Part shown: in pieces, positions 13,576 through 24,350 of the stretch
Layout: each line of letters begins with the position of its first letter
How positions within the stretch are numbered: position 1 is the first letter of the stretch
Assembly: GCA_026770705.1 (NCBI GenBank)
Contig: JANJGN010000038.1
Span: 9,982,001-10,046,000 of the forward strand
Length of the DNA stretch: 64,000 nucleotides
Direction of reading: 5' to 3'
Source: Isurus oxyrinchus
Taxonomy: Eukaryota
Position numbers and translations under genes: made by a program
The notes under the pieces: model-generated
The model's input: the letters and a program-made list of their open reading frames with translations, nothing else
Databases searched by the model: none
What the model was told of the DNA's origin: nothing

Positions 13576-14142
13576 AAAACAAAAACAGAATTACCTGGAA
13601 AAACTCAGCAGGTCTGGCAGCATCGGTGGAGAAGAAAAGAGTTGACGTTTCGAGTCCTCATGACCCTTCAACAGAACTTGATTTCGAGTCCAAGAAAGAG
13701 TTGAAATATAAGCTGGTTTAAGGTGTGTGTGTGGGGGGCGGAGAGATAGAGAGAGAGAGAGGTGGTTGTGTAGACAAACAAGCAGTGATAGAAGCAGATC
13801 ATCAAAAGATGTCAGCGACAATGGTACAAAAGAACACATAGGTGTTAAAGTTAAAGTTGGTTATATTATCTAAACGAATGTGCTAATTAAGAATGGATGG
13901 TAGGGCACTCAAGGTACAGCTCTAGTGGGGGTGGGGGTGAGCATAAAAGATTTTAAAATATTTAAAATAATGGGAAAAGAAAAATCTATATAATTTATAG
14001 GGAAAAAAAAGGAAAAAGGGGGAAACAGAAAGGGGGTGGGGATGGGGGAGGGAGCTCACGACCTAAAGTTGTTGAATTCAATATTCAGACCGGAAAGCTG
14101 TAAGGTGCCTAGTCGGAAGATGAGGTGTTGTTCCTCCAGTTT
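13576..14142 (-). mobile_element. 5'-truncated Penelope-like retroelement (GIY-YIG C-terminus plus 3' region with hammerhead motif)
   Basis: Minus strand 14142-14056 translates KLEEQHLIFRLGTLQLSGLNIEFNNFRS*, resembling the PLE GIY-YIG endonuclease C-terminus; hammerhead-like motif at 13640-13678. Confidence 0.85.
13640..13678 (-). ncRNA. Minimal hammerhead ribozyme-like motif (CUGUUGA core)
   Basis: agtt-CTGTTGA-a-gggtc-atgag-gactc-GAAA-C-GTC-aact on the minus strand. Confidence 0.65.
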
Positions 14143-14283
14143 GGAATCACAGAATAACACAATGCAGAACAGGTCCTTCGGCGCATAGAGTCTGCAATTG
14201 CTATTTTCACAATCGGTATAAATTTTAATTTCCAAGTGTCCACGGGTTTCGGTCTTTTGTCCCGTTCTCTTCCCATCAAATGA

Positions 14284-14344
14284 ATTTGCATTTTTGAAGG
14301 CGTGTTGCCGACAGCCAATAAGAATCCTTAGTTTGGGATATAAA
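14284..14344 (+). promoter_or_regulatory. Ig light-chain promoter: octamer ATTTGCAT (14284-14291), CCAAT (14315-14319), TATAAA (14339-14344)
   Basis: Perfect octamer in the light-chain orientation about 55 bp upstream of TATA and about 135 bp upstream of the leader ATG. Confidence 0.9.
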
Positions 14345-14419
14345 TGGGTCGCACCTTTGCACTGACAGTAAGAATCTCAGGCCCAGCTTGTCAATCACTG
14401 TGCGTGCCTCAGTGTAACC

Positions 14420-14465
14420 ATGGACACAGTTTATATGATGCTGCTCTTGCTAACGTGTTTCTCCA
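14420..14465 (+). CDS. IgL leader exon MDTVYMMLLLLTCFS
   Basis: Kozak-like accATGG, hydrophobic core, phase-1 donor A|GTGAGT at 14466; 123-bp intron ending ttcttacAG at 14588. Confidence 0.9.
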
Positions 14466-14588
14466 GTGAGTATAACGTGGAGCTGATTTTGCTGTAAAGA
14501 TTTAAAAGTGTATTGACCCAAAACGTTCCGTGTGCCTTTATCCTTTACCTTAGGCCTGAACTCATGACTTTTACTCTGATTCTTACAG

Positions 14589-14949
14589 GTGTCTGTCCAC
14601 TTCCCGAACTGCTCCAAGCCGAAACTGCCTCTGCCGTCCCAGGAGGGTCCGTCACCTTAAGCTGCTCGGTAAAGAACAGAGATATCGGGGATAAATGGCT
14701 CCGTTGGTTCCGACAGAGGCCGGGGAAGACACCGGTTTGGATCCTGACCCATAAAAGCACCGATGATGGAGGCGCCCTGCTCCGAGGCTCAGGGTTCACC
14801 AACCGCTTCGCCCATTCTAGAGACGACGCAAAGAAAAGTTTCTCCCTCACTGTCAATCAAGTGGAGCTGAAGGACTCGGCTGTCTACTACTGCTCGCTTT
14901 TTGATTCTGGACAGGTATTTTGGCAAAGGTACAGAGTTACACGTAGTGG
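14589..14949 (+). CDS. IgL fused V-J exon (V intact; J FGKGTELHVV shifted +1)
   Basis: VTLSC...WFRQRPG...DSAVYYC SLFDSGQV; TTT GGC AAA GGT ACA GAG TTA CAC GTA GTG G|GTAAGT (14919-14949) is one base out of frame, with a T4 run at 14918-14921; no CACAGTG or nonamer between V and J. Confidence 0.9.
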
Positions 14950-16356
14950 GTAAGTAAATATTGAGGCCGTGCTTGTGTTAAGGGAAGATTTTAGATTGCA
15001 AAATATTACACAATGTTGCAACAGTCATTGTGAAATAACTTCACAAGCCCGACACGACGGCAATATTTCCTTTAGTGCTTGAGATACTCGGCAGTTGGTA
15101 TTTTATTAGTTGAAAAAAGGTGAACTCGGTGATCGTTCGGCTGAGACGAGGCTAAGCGTTCATGTTGCTCCAATAAAAATTATTGTCAGGAATGCAGGAG
15201 CATTCTCAACTTCGCGGGATACGAAACAGAGAGTCCGAAATTCTTTGGATTCCATGGGGTAAAAATCGCCTTAGGTGGTGGCGGAAACGGACTTTATCAG
15301 ATAGGCCGCGCCTTTTACCCAGCGGCCAATAGTCAGTTGCCTTGTAGCCAATGGAGCTAAATGTCAAGGGCTGCACTGAACCAGCGGCCTCACCGATACG
15401 GCCTGATTTGCGCCACTGCCAAGGCGGATTCCTATCCTTACCGTGCATTGTGGTGAATAGTAGGCGATGTTTGATGGTGCTAATCTCTATTCATTATTAT
15501 TGGACGATGTTTGTTATTTCTGGGAGCTAGTTGGTATTGCCGTGTGAAACTGGTTAAAACTGGACCATATTTTAACATTGAGTGACACTTGCTATTACAG
15601 GATATTTATTTCCGCAACGCCTGAGCAATCTATCTTATTACCACCACTCATCAATTCTACATCTATTTATGCTCACATAGCCATATGCATTATTGCTCTG
15701 GGGCGTAGTGCCAGCGGCGTGAGGGGGCAGTTATTGTTTTGTGGCTGAACGGTGCATAACCAACAATCACAATTCCTTCAATGAATGTATTTTCCGTCAC
15801 TTCCATATTAATGTATTGGCTCGAATAACTAAAAGCGTATACCGTAGGATAAACCGAAATTGATCAGAACAATAAAATCTTTAAATCTGAACAGGTACAG
15901 CTACCAAATATTAAATCACCCGATCTTTAATTTATTGGCAAACCGTATAATTCAATGTCTAAATTTCCAGACATGTTAAGCATGAAGCATAATTTTAAAA
16001 AAAACATTAGTTGTCAGTAAGTTATAGGATTTGAAATTTCACTTTTTACTTCTGTTCTGAACTTGTATTTCGGCTCCATTTTTCTGGTATAAGCGCATCG
16101 AGAACATTGACCTTCTTGGCAAATATTAAATGAAACTGCAGACCTCTGCCATGATCATTGGAAAAGCTCATTCGTGTCAATCAGTATTTATTAAAAAAAA
16201 CCTAGACGTTATTGCACCTTAAGTTGCAGGTTAAAACAGTGGGACAGGGTAAGAATGAAATAATTTAATTGTGATATTAATGGAATGGAACACTGAGTAT
16301 GATGTTACTGCTTACACAGAGGGCCGTTACACTCCCTCTTGGTATCATTTCTGTTG

Positions 16357-16430
16357 TGTCAGCCATGGTTTAGTTGTAGCACTCTGGCGTTTGAGTCAGA
16401 AAGTTGTGGGTTTAAATTTCCTACAGTACA
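16357..16430 (+). mobile_element. Decayed tRNA-derived SINE head
   Basis: Degenerate A box (tggtttagttgt) and B box (gggtttaaatt) with tRNA-like spacing. Confidence 0.45.
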
Positions 16431-17414
16431 ACATTGAGAAAAAAATGTATTTAATTTGGAGCTGCCATGTATTATTTTATTTTAAACCATAAACCATTAG
16501 TTTAGAGCGGAGCTCCGAGGCAAAGAAACGTTCAAATAAGAATGTGCAATGTTCCACGTATGAACATCATCATCAATAGGATTAATCTCAGAAAATGACA
16601 ATGATTCCGAAAAAAAAGGTTTCAAATTGCCACCGATTGTTTTTTGTTCCGACGGGGAAGAATTGCTCTCATTTCAGTGGAGGGTGGTGGGATATAGATG
16701 GGCTATAGTTGCCTTTTTCTTCGATCCATGGCAATTCAAAGCCCAGTGAATGCCCAACTTGTCTTTGAATGCAAAGCAGGGAACATATTCTGGGGTGCAT
16801 TTCCTATTTTAATTCAAAAAGTGACCCGTGCAAATACTTCCCCCACAGTTCAAAGCATTAATAATATTGCTGAAATGTTATTTTTCTTTCAATTGTTCCT
16901 GATGCTACTGATAAGTGTTAGAAAATAGTCATTGTCGGCCATCATTCAAATAGCTCACGATACTCAGCTCCACTAACTGCATGGACAAGGATATCAGGCG
17001 CTGTGTAGAAAGGCCGGTAGAATCAATGCCGTCTGTATTGTTCCTCCGCCTGGGGCGAATTTATAGCCAAATTCATTGCAAGACATTTTGATACTGAAGT
17101 GTAGGTCAATCAGTTGGATCTTGCGCTGGAGAGCTCACTTCTGGTTAGTTTTTTTTAAAGTTAGCGCATGATAATTTTAATGTGGTTAGTGCAAAGGTTT
17201 CGATCTTTCCAACAATAAAGTGCTGTATTTGTCGGTTTGAATGTCAGAGTTGCAGATTAGAAATTATCTAATTTTCCGCGATAGAGAAATACAATGTAAT
17301 CAATTTCAGGGAAAATAAATACAGGCAATGCTTCTTCTAATGATTCACATTTTGGCCACTGGCTGTAGGTACGTTTACAAAAAAATAAAGGCGCTCCTCC
17401 TGAATAAAAGGTAG

Positions 17415-17714
17415 CAGCTGAGGATATTACACGAATCAATTTTTACAAAAATGCACAAGGCTTGATGTGCACTGATCTACAACACACCGAGCGGCTGCGC
17501 TTTCAGCTGGAGTGGAGCAGAATCAAAAGCACATTGGGTGGAATACGTTTTGTAGAACAAATAAATGTGACAGCGGCGATGACTCTGCTTGTTTGTACTG
17601 CTGGCAGATATTTGGAATATCTGTTTGGGAGTTCCCCAATATATAACAGAAAATGGAAAATTCCCCTTTTATTTAGCAAATTGTTCACACCAAGCAATTC
17701 GAGGAATTTTCCAT
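17415..17714 (+). promoter_or_regulatory. Candidate J-C intronic enhancer (kappaB-like sites plus E-boxes)
   Basis: CAGCTG at 17415 and 17504; GGGAGTTCCC at 17627-17636 matches GGGRNNYYCC; GGAAAATTCCCC at 17655-17666; GGAATTTTCC at 17703-17712. Confidence 0.5.
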
Positions 17715-18069
17715 CAAACTATTGTGAAAACTAAAAGATATTGGCGAAAATGTTACGCGGTGATAGTAAGTAATGGTGTCGTAGCATTTTAAAATAATTT
17801 AATTTTGAACATAGTGGGCTACAGAGCGAAGGTGGCCTATTATTATTCGCCCTCAATGAACCAAAATTTACCTACGCAGTGTGGGACTGAGTCACGTCGA
17901 CAAGGCGGGTAGGAATGGCGTTGGTCCATTTCCTGTGAGCCACTTGGTTATTACAACAATCCGGAAGCTTGTTTGCCTCCAGCGTAATTGAATTCAATTC
18001 CTGAAATTGTAATGGTGTGATCATAAGCCCATAACTAAGCCCACCAGAGAAGCAGGACGGGAGTTCTGT

Positions 18070-18450
18070 GGACAGACTGTAAATCCTGGGGTTGTTTCCT
18101 TAGAGCAGCGACATTTATGGGGTAACTTAATGCAGGTATTCAAACCATTAAGGACTTCAATAGCGATAGGAAAGTCGGTATTCACGGAATACAGATATAA
18201 AGCGAATGGAAGAAGAACCAGAGCGGCCATGCGGGATTTATTTTTCTTTTTATGCAACGGTTTGTTGTGATCTAGAGGGCTCGGATGGGAGGACGGTGAA
18301 AACAGATTCAGTAATAACTTTCAAACGGGAATGGGATGTATATTTGGGACGCTATTACGGGGCTAAGGGAAAAGGGTACATGACTGAGACAAGATGAATA
18401 ATTATTTGAAAAGCCGGCAGAGGCACTGATGGACGCCTCATTCTGTGCGG
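18070..18450 (+). mobile_element. Decayed CR1 3' fragment
   Basis: Similar to CR1 3' ends elsewhere (ttagagcagcga...ggggtaacttaat...ataactttcaaacgggaatgggatgta). Confidence 0.6.
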
Positions 18451-18546
18451 TATTTTCCGAAGGTCTATGATAACCATACCGTTAAGCTACAATAATAATG
18501 CCTCTTACAGTGACAGTCCATGTCATCTATGTACCATCTGTTGCAG

Positions 18547-18867
18547 ATCGTCAACTACAGGTGCCATCACTGGAATTGTTTCCGCCTTCGCGCCAGGAAG
18601 TAACTTCAGCTGAAACAGTGACGCTGAGCTGTCTGATTCGGGGCTTCTACCCAGCTTTCGTGGAAAGCGCGGGGCATTGAGACGCAGAGCGGAGTGTCCA
18701 CAAATCTACCTAATCTTGAGGCTGACAACAGCTACAGCATCAGCAGCTACCTGAGGGTCCCTGTCAGCTCTTGGAACACGAAGGATCACTACTCGTGTCT
18801 GTTCCGATACAAGTCTCAGGACACTCTCGTTCAGAAATCCATCAGCTTGGACACCTGCAATCGCTAA
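18547..18867 (+). CDS. IgL constant (C1-set) exon, frameshifted near 18661-18665
   Basis: Acceptor ttgcAG at 18546; DRQLQVPSLELFPPSRQEVTSAETVTLSCLIRGFYPAFVE, then in another frame WKARGIETQSGVSTNLPNLEADNSYSISSYLRVPVSSWNTKDHYSCLFRYKSQDTLVQKSISLDTCNR* with the C-terminal interchain Cys. Confidence 0.9.
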
Positions 18868-18944
18868 AGACCGGCTATTAGCTCAAGCCAATAACTCCTG
18901 AGTTTAATTTCAAAGCGAAACGTGGCGGTAATCTCGGCAGATTT

Positions 18945-18950
18945 AATAAA
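18945..18950 (+). terminator. Probable polyadenylation signal of the IgL gene (alternative at 19225-19230)
   Basis: AATAAA about 80 bp after the C stop codon. Confidence 0.6.
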
Positions 18951-19379
18951 TGTATCTGACCGGCACGAAGTTTTAATTTCCTGGCTAAATATTTGTGACA
19001 TTGTAAACAGCAGGAATTATACATTTTAGAATTGCTTTTTAATTTTCTCGAACAATAACCAAAGTGAGAATAACCTGTTGTATATTTAAGATGCCGATGA
19101 TTGTTTCTTCCTCTGCATGTGAATTGTAAGTGAGTTTTTCAAACGAATGGGGTTCGATTGCTTAAATTATGTGTAATTAGAAAGCGATTAAACTGCCAGC
19201 CTCAATATTTCGCAGCTTTAGCAGAATAAAACTTATGCTTTCTCGTCCCTTGAAGTAACCTGAATTCTTTGCATTCCTATATTGAAACTGAATCTCTGCC
19301 CTAAGTTGCCCAATGATTCTGGGGAGCCTTCATCGACATTTTCCTTTCTTTGTTCTGGACATTATATTATACAAACAAA

Positions 19380-19762
19380 ACGTGTACAAGATTATGAGGG
19401 GCATCGACAAGGTGGATAGGGATTAGTGGTTCCCCTTAGTTGAAAGGTGAGTCACGAGGGTACATGAGTTCAAGGTGAAGGGCAGGAGATTTAGGGGGGA
19501 GGGGTGGGGGTTGTGTGGAAAAACCTTTTTACCTGGAGTGTGGTGACGATCTGGAATGCACTACCTGGGAGGGTGGTGGAGGCGAGTTGCCTGACAGCCT
19601 TTAAAAAGTACATGGATGAGCACTTGGCACGTCATAACATTCAAGGCTGTGGGCTAAGTGCTGGAAAATGGGATTAAGTAGGTAGGTCAGGTGTTTCTCA
19701 TGTCGGTGCAGACTCTATGCGCTGAAGGACCTGTTCTGCATTGTGTTATTCTGTGATTCTGT
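19380..19762 (+). mobile_element. CR1 LINE 3' end
   Basis: gtgtacaagattatgagggg...ctggaatgcactacctgg..., ending in an (attctgtg)-type tail. Confidence 0.85.
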
Positions 19763-20439
19763 GAAAATAATGAGCGAGTTTTGGATAATAAGGGAAATTT
19801 CAATCATCGCTACATCGCTAGGTCGAAGTGTCGAATCTCTTGAGGGCACCACTGCACAGAAGCAACAGAGCAGCCTTTCCCCTTCCACGAACTCCCCCCC
19901 GCCCAACTGCAGCACCACGTTCCCCCGCCACCCCCCGCCCCCCAACGCCGCTCTCCTCCTCTCCTTCCCCCCTCGTCTTTCTGAGGACCTGTGCCTCTTC
20001 GATTAGAATGTACTTCTTATTCCCTCTTCAATGCAGACAAGTGGGAAGACTTTGCGCTTCACTGCCTCAGAGTTAGAGATACACAATCTTGAAGCAAGTC
20101 ATTCTACCTCCATGAATTTACCAAAACTAAGGAGAAACTCTGCATTTCCAATGCTGAATTGGAAATCCATCTTGTAATCATGTCATGGAATAAAATTGAT
20201 ATAACATAGAAGTAAACAATGTGGTCACACAGGCCCCGTGAGAGCAAATCAGCTGGTCCCAATAAAATAATAGAATTATTCTCATTAAAATGTTTGTACC
20301 TATCAATCAAAATGCACAATATTAGAAAGTCAAATTGCCTATTTATCACAAGATGTATTTGGCCTTGACGAGCCTGGCATCAATGGGACAAGCCTGAAAG
20401 AACAACGTGTTTCTGCTCAAAAACTAGTATTTTTCATCG

Positions 20440-21055
20440 AATCGCAGAAAATGTATAGCACAGAAATCGTGTTTGCTCCGGCCAAAATATGAGCCATCCA
20501 TCCTAATCCCACTTCCCTGCATTTGGCCCGTAGCCCTGCAGGTTACAGTGCTTGATGTGCATATCCAGACACCATTCAAATGAACTGGGGGCCCTTGCAT
20601 CTACTACCCTTTCAGACAGTGATTTCCATATCACCACTAACCTCTGGTTTTAGAAATTCATTATACTCCACTCTAATCCTTCTGCCAATCGCTTCAAAGG
20701 TACGTCCCCTCGACACTTAGCTCTCTGCTAAGGTAAATATGCTCTTCCCATGCACTCTATCAAGATCCCGCACAATTCAAACCTCCCCTCAGCCTCCCTT
20801 GTTCCACTGAGAAAAATCTTAGCCTATCAAACATTTCCTCTTAGTTGCATGTTTTAGAGTCTTCGCAACATCCTCATAAATCTCCTCTGGACCCTCTCTA
20901 GTGCATTTATACCCTTTCTGTAATGAGGTGGCCAGAACTGCACACAGTTCTCAACTTGTGGCCTAAAGAATGCTTTATACAGTTCGAGTATTTACCCTTC
21001 TATCTTACAGTCTATACTTCGTCTAACAAAGAGAAAGATTCCAAATATCTTCTTG
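20440..21055 (-). mobile_element. CR1 LINE 3' fragment
   Basis: Reverse of CR1 ORF2 end (aatctcctctggaccctctctagtgc, ccagaactgcacacag). Confidence 0.8.
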
Positions 21056-22844
21056 AGCCGAGTTGCGCTCAGCTGACCGAGAATCGAAACTGCCTCTCAG
21101 TGGCTCCACAACCACAAGAGCACCATGGAACCTAAGGCAATTTCTCGAATGAAACCTTTGAATGTCCTGCTTTCCAAAACCAATTAACCCAAATGTCTTT
21201 TGTTAAATTAATTCATGCACTCTGACTAATAACAAATTCAATTGATCCTCTGTTAACACATCTCCACAACCATTTCATCAACCCCCAGACCCTATAATTA
21301 TTTGATCTTAATATTGCATTAAATTATCCTGAACAGTGGCACGAAGCTTCCCTCCCGTAGCAGATCAAAGAAACCAAACCACATTTGTTTTCTTTCTTAA
21401 AAACCTTATAGCTATTGAATGTCCATTTTTTTCATCTTTATCAGTTCCAGACCTCTAATGAAAAACAAATCCTGTTAAGTCTTTTCAGAACTGTCATCTC
21501 TCACCCCTCATTATGCCCTAGAGATTTGCGACTGCTTGGGTACATTGTCATTCAAGTCTTTCAAATAATTGCGTTGTACCAAAACATGCACAATCTTTAC
21601 ATCCCCTATGACTTCCTATAATGTTATTATTCCGTCCTCACATCAAATCAATTGAAACCAGTAGAACTATTCTGTTCCATTTTGAAACAAATTTAAATTT
21701 CGGAGGGGTGGGGCAGGCACGGATGAAAAAACTCATCTAGTCCAGTCGCATAGAACTCCTCCAGCTGCGACCTCGACCGCTTCCTGATAGATGGAACTCC
21801 AGGACATCCTCTATTCTCCAATCTCTGATCTCCTGATAGATGGAACTCCAGTACATGCTCTCTTGCACAAGCCCTGACATAATCTCTGATACAATCCCTG
21901 ATTTTCCTGATAGATAGAGTTGCTGGATATTCCCCTTTGTACACTGCATCCTGAAAGAGCACTGTCATATATTTTCTATTCTTTAATTTTATATATTTAT
22001 CCATGAATGCCTCCGGCTTATCTTTTCCCTGATTTCGGTGTGATTTTCTTTAGTTTTCGATGATTGGAATATCTACCTTTCAATTTATAATGTTGTCACA
22101 GAGGTTCCAAGTATTTCCACGTTGTTAATGCGTGGGTTCCTGATCCAGCAATTTACCACACTTTCCCGTGATTTTCCATTACTTAATTCCCGGTCCTGTA
22201 AATAATCATTCATTTCAGATCATATAATGCAACAGCAGAGGGTGTGATTTTATTGTGGAAAAAAACACAATCATTTATTGTCATTTATTTGCTCCCACCA
22301 TTGCTGGAGTTAAGAGTGATTGAGTTTTTTTTTGGCAATATTGCTATTGATTTCATTCATATCTAATAATTTCATTGAGTAAGGTGATTTTATGGTTACA
22401 CCATGTAAAGATTACTCAGAAAAGAGCACTTCTTGCCTTAAAGGCGTTCATGAGAAGATCTGGTTGACTTCGTCATTTTTCTAAAGAACTCCTAAGGGAA
22501 CAACTGCCCTGTTCAGTGAAAATGTTAAATGATGTAATTGAAAAATTGTCTTAATCAGTGTTACCATTCTCACCAAGAAAACTTTTGAAAAACCTAAAAC
22601 AGACTATTATAGCATTTTCTATCAAATTACAATCATTTTAATTTTTATTCGTTCAATTTCTGTGACAAGTGTCACCAACTCACCCTATTCAGAACCTTTA
22701 AGTTGCTCAAGGCGCTTCATGTCAAAGGTTTCAGCTCAAACTTTACAATAAGGCAATGAGTGGGCTACAAAATAAACGCTCACCACCCTGTCACAAAGCA
22801 CAATGAATCTGGTTTGGTGTCTTGAGTCACTGGGATTTGGGGAA

Positions 22845-23230
22845 ATGGTGGTGGAGTGGAAATGTAAAAAACTGAACCAGTAATACCGAACGCCATACTG
22901 ATGCTTAGGGAGCACGGGGTCAAAGCCCACCACAGGTGGCTGGTGGAATTTCAATTCAATTATTTAATAAACAGAAAAAATAATTGAAACTCATCTCTGT
23001 ACTTATGTCAGTATCACCGTAAAAAGAAAACTTCTGGTTATGTAATGTTATGTAAGGGAGGGAATTAACTGTCCATACCTGTTCTGACCTAGATGCAGCT
23101 TCAAATCCACAGCAATGTGGTTGAATTTGAAATTCCCTCTGAAGTGACCCAGGAAACCATGAATTCGGATCAAGCTGTTACAAGAAAGTGAAAAGGGAAC
23201 ACAACCGGTTGGAACACCTGGTATCCAATT
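22845..23230. mobile_element. tRNA-derived SINE fragments
   Basis: gggtcaaagcccaccacaggtggctggtggaatttcaattc head-like segment plus body segments shared with 24010-24350. Confidence 0.55.
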
Positions 23231-23389
23231 ATGTAGCGGAGATGATGAAAATGTCATGTAGCAAGACAACGAGGATGGCAGTTATGTATTTTAAACCTAC
23301 ATCAGCTCCTAACAGTGGCATAATAGTCAGGTAACAGATTTTGCTAAAAGCACAACAAGGATCAGTACTCCCTAAAAGCAAAACATAAG

Positions 23390-23810
23390 AACAAGTTACA
23401 GTTTGGCCCTGTGGGAGGAGGTGGGTTGAGCATGGCAGAGTTTATAATCTGAACTTGTTGAATTCAGTGTTGAATCCAGAAGGCTGCAAAGTGCTGAGTC
23501 GGAAGATGAAGTGTTGTTCCTCCAGTTCCCCAATCCAACCGAAAGGAACAGCACTTTAACACTATCATTACCACCTTCGTTGTTTTGTGTCCATGACACC
23601 TTTGACAAATCTCAGCTGATCTCCCAGTTATTCCTGACCTTCTCTTTTGTTCCAAGTGCTTCACCCCCTCTCTTCAACAACGTAAAACTAACCATATTTC
23701 TACCTCTATTCAGCTCTGAATAGTTGGATGGGCGTGAACAGTTAACTCTATTTCTGTCTCTACAGATACTGCCAGGCTGGCTGAGTGTTTGCAGCATTTT
23801 TTGTTTTCTT
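23390..23810. mobile_element. Old inverted pair of PLE fragments
   Basis: Minus strand 23527-23443 encodes LEEQHFIFRLSTLQPSGFNTEFNKFRL*; 23570-23810 is the PLE 3' end in the opposite orientation. Confidence 0.7.
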
Positions 23811-24009
23811 ATATATTTTAGATAATCTCTATCAACTGTTATTTTTCATAAATGGCAGAACTTTCAGGGATCAGCAAGTCTCCCACCATTTATCATTGGG
23901 GAGCTGGACATTTATCACATGTTTCCATGCACAGATATCTGCCCCATCGCAGGGAGAGGAGAGGCGTTCTAGAAGGGGCAAAGCTGCCCCCCCCCCCAGT
24001 TTTATTTGT

Positions 24010-24350
24010 ACACCTTCATGGGGTGTGGAAGTCAGTGGCTATGCAAGCATTTATTGCTGAACCTAATTGCCCTTGTTCAGCGGGAATTTAAGAGTCAAAC
24101 GCATTGCTATGGGTCTGGGGTCACATGTAGGCCAGACCAGGCAAGGACAGCAGATCTCCTCCCCTAAAGGAAATTAGTGAATCACATGGGTTTTTATAGC
24201 AATCAGCAATGGCTTCATGGTCACCTTGAGGCATATAATGCCAGATTTTTACTGAATACAAATTTCACCATCGGCCCCGCAGGATTTTAAGCAGGGTCTC
24301 CAGAGCATTACACGGGGGCAACTGCAGGACCACTATGCTACCACCTCCCG
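24010..24350 (-). mobile_element. SINE with LINE-derived tail
   Basis: gcatttattg...cctaattgcccttg tail shared with the LINE family at 3510 and 5250; body shared with 40625-40790. Confidence 0.7.

Larger units (their letters stand above)
14420..18867 (+). pseudogene. Germline-joined (VJ-fused) immunoglobulin light-chain cluster L-VJ-C with two frameshifts; sigma/sigma-2-like by resemblance
   Basis: Leader, VJ and C exons with canonical GT-AG phase-1 introns; V-set and C1-set motifs; FGKG J motif out of frame; C interrupted. Isotype is from recalled resemblance (long CDR2, RQRPGxxPVWxL, RGxGFTxRF, SSYLRVP), not a search. Confidence 0.88.

Noticed and set aside
14513-14588. N-terminal part of the listed 146-aa ORF
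   Set aside because: It is leader-intron sequence; the real start is the ATG at 14420.
14914-18561. Cryptic splice CAG|GTATTT to ctacag|GTG bypassing the J frameshift
   Set aside because: In frame, but both sites are weak, it drops the J strand, and it still meets the C frameshift stop at 18678-18680.
14589-18867. T-cell receptor or heavy-chain identity
   Set aside because: The single C exon ends in Cys then stop with a polyA signal, no transmembrane exon is seen, and the octamer is in the light-chain orientation.
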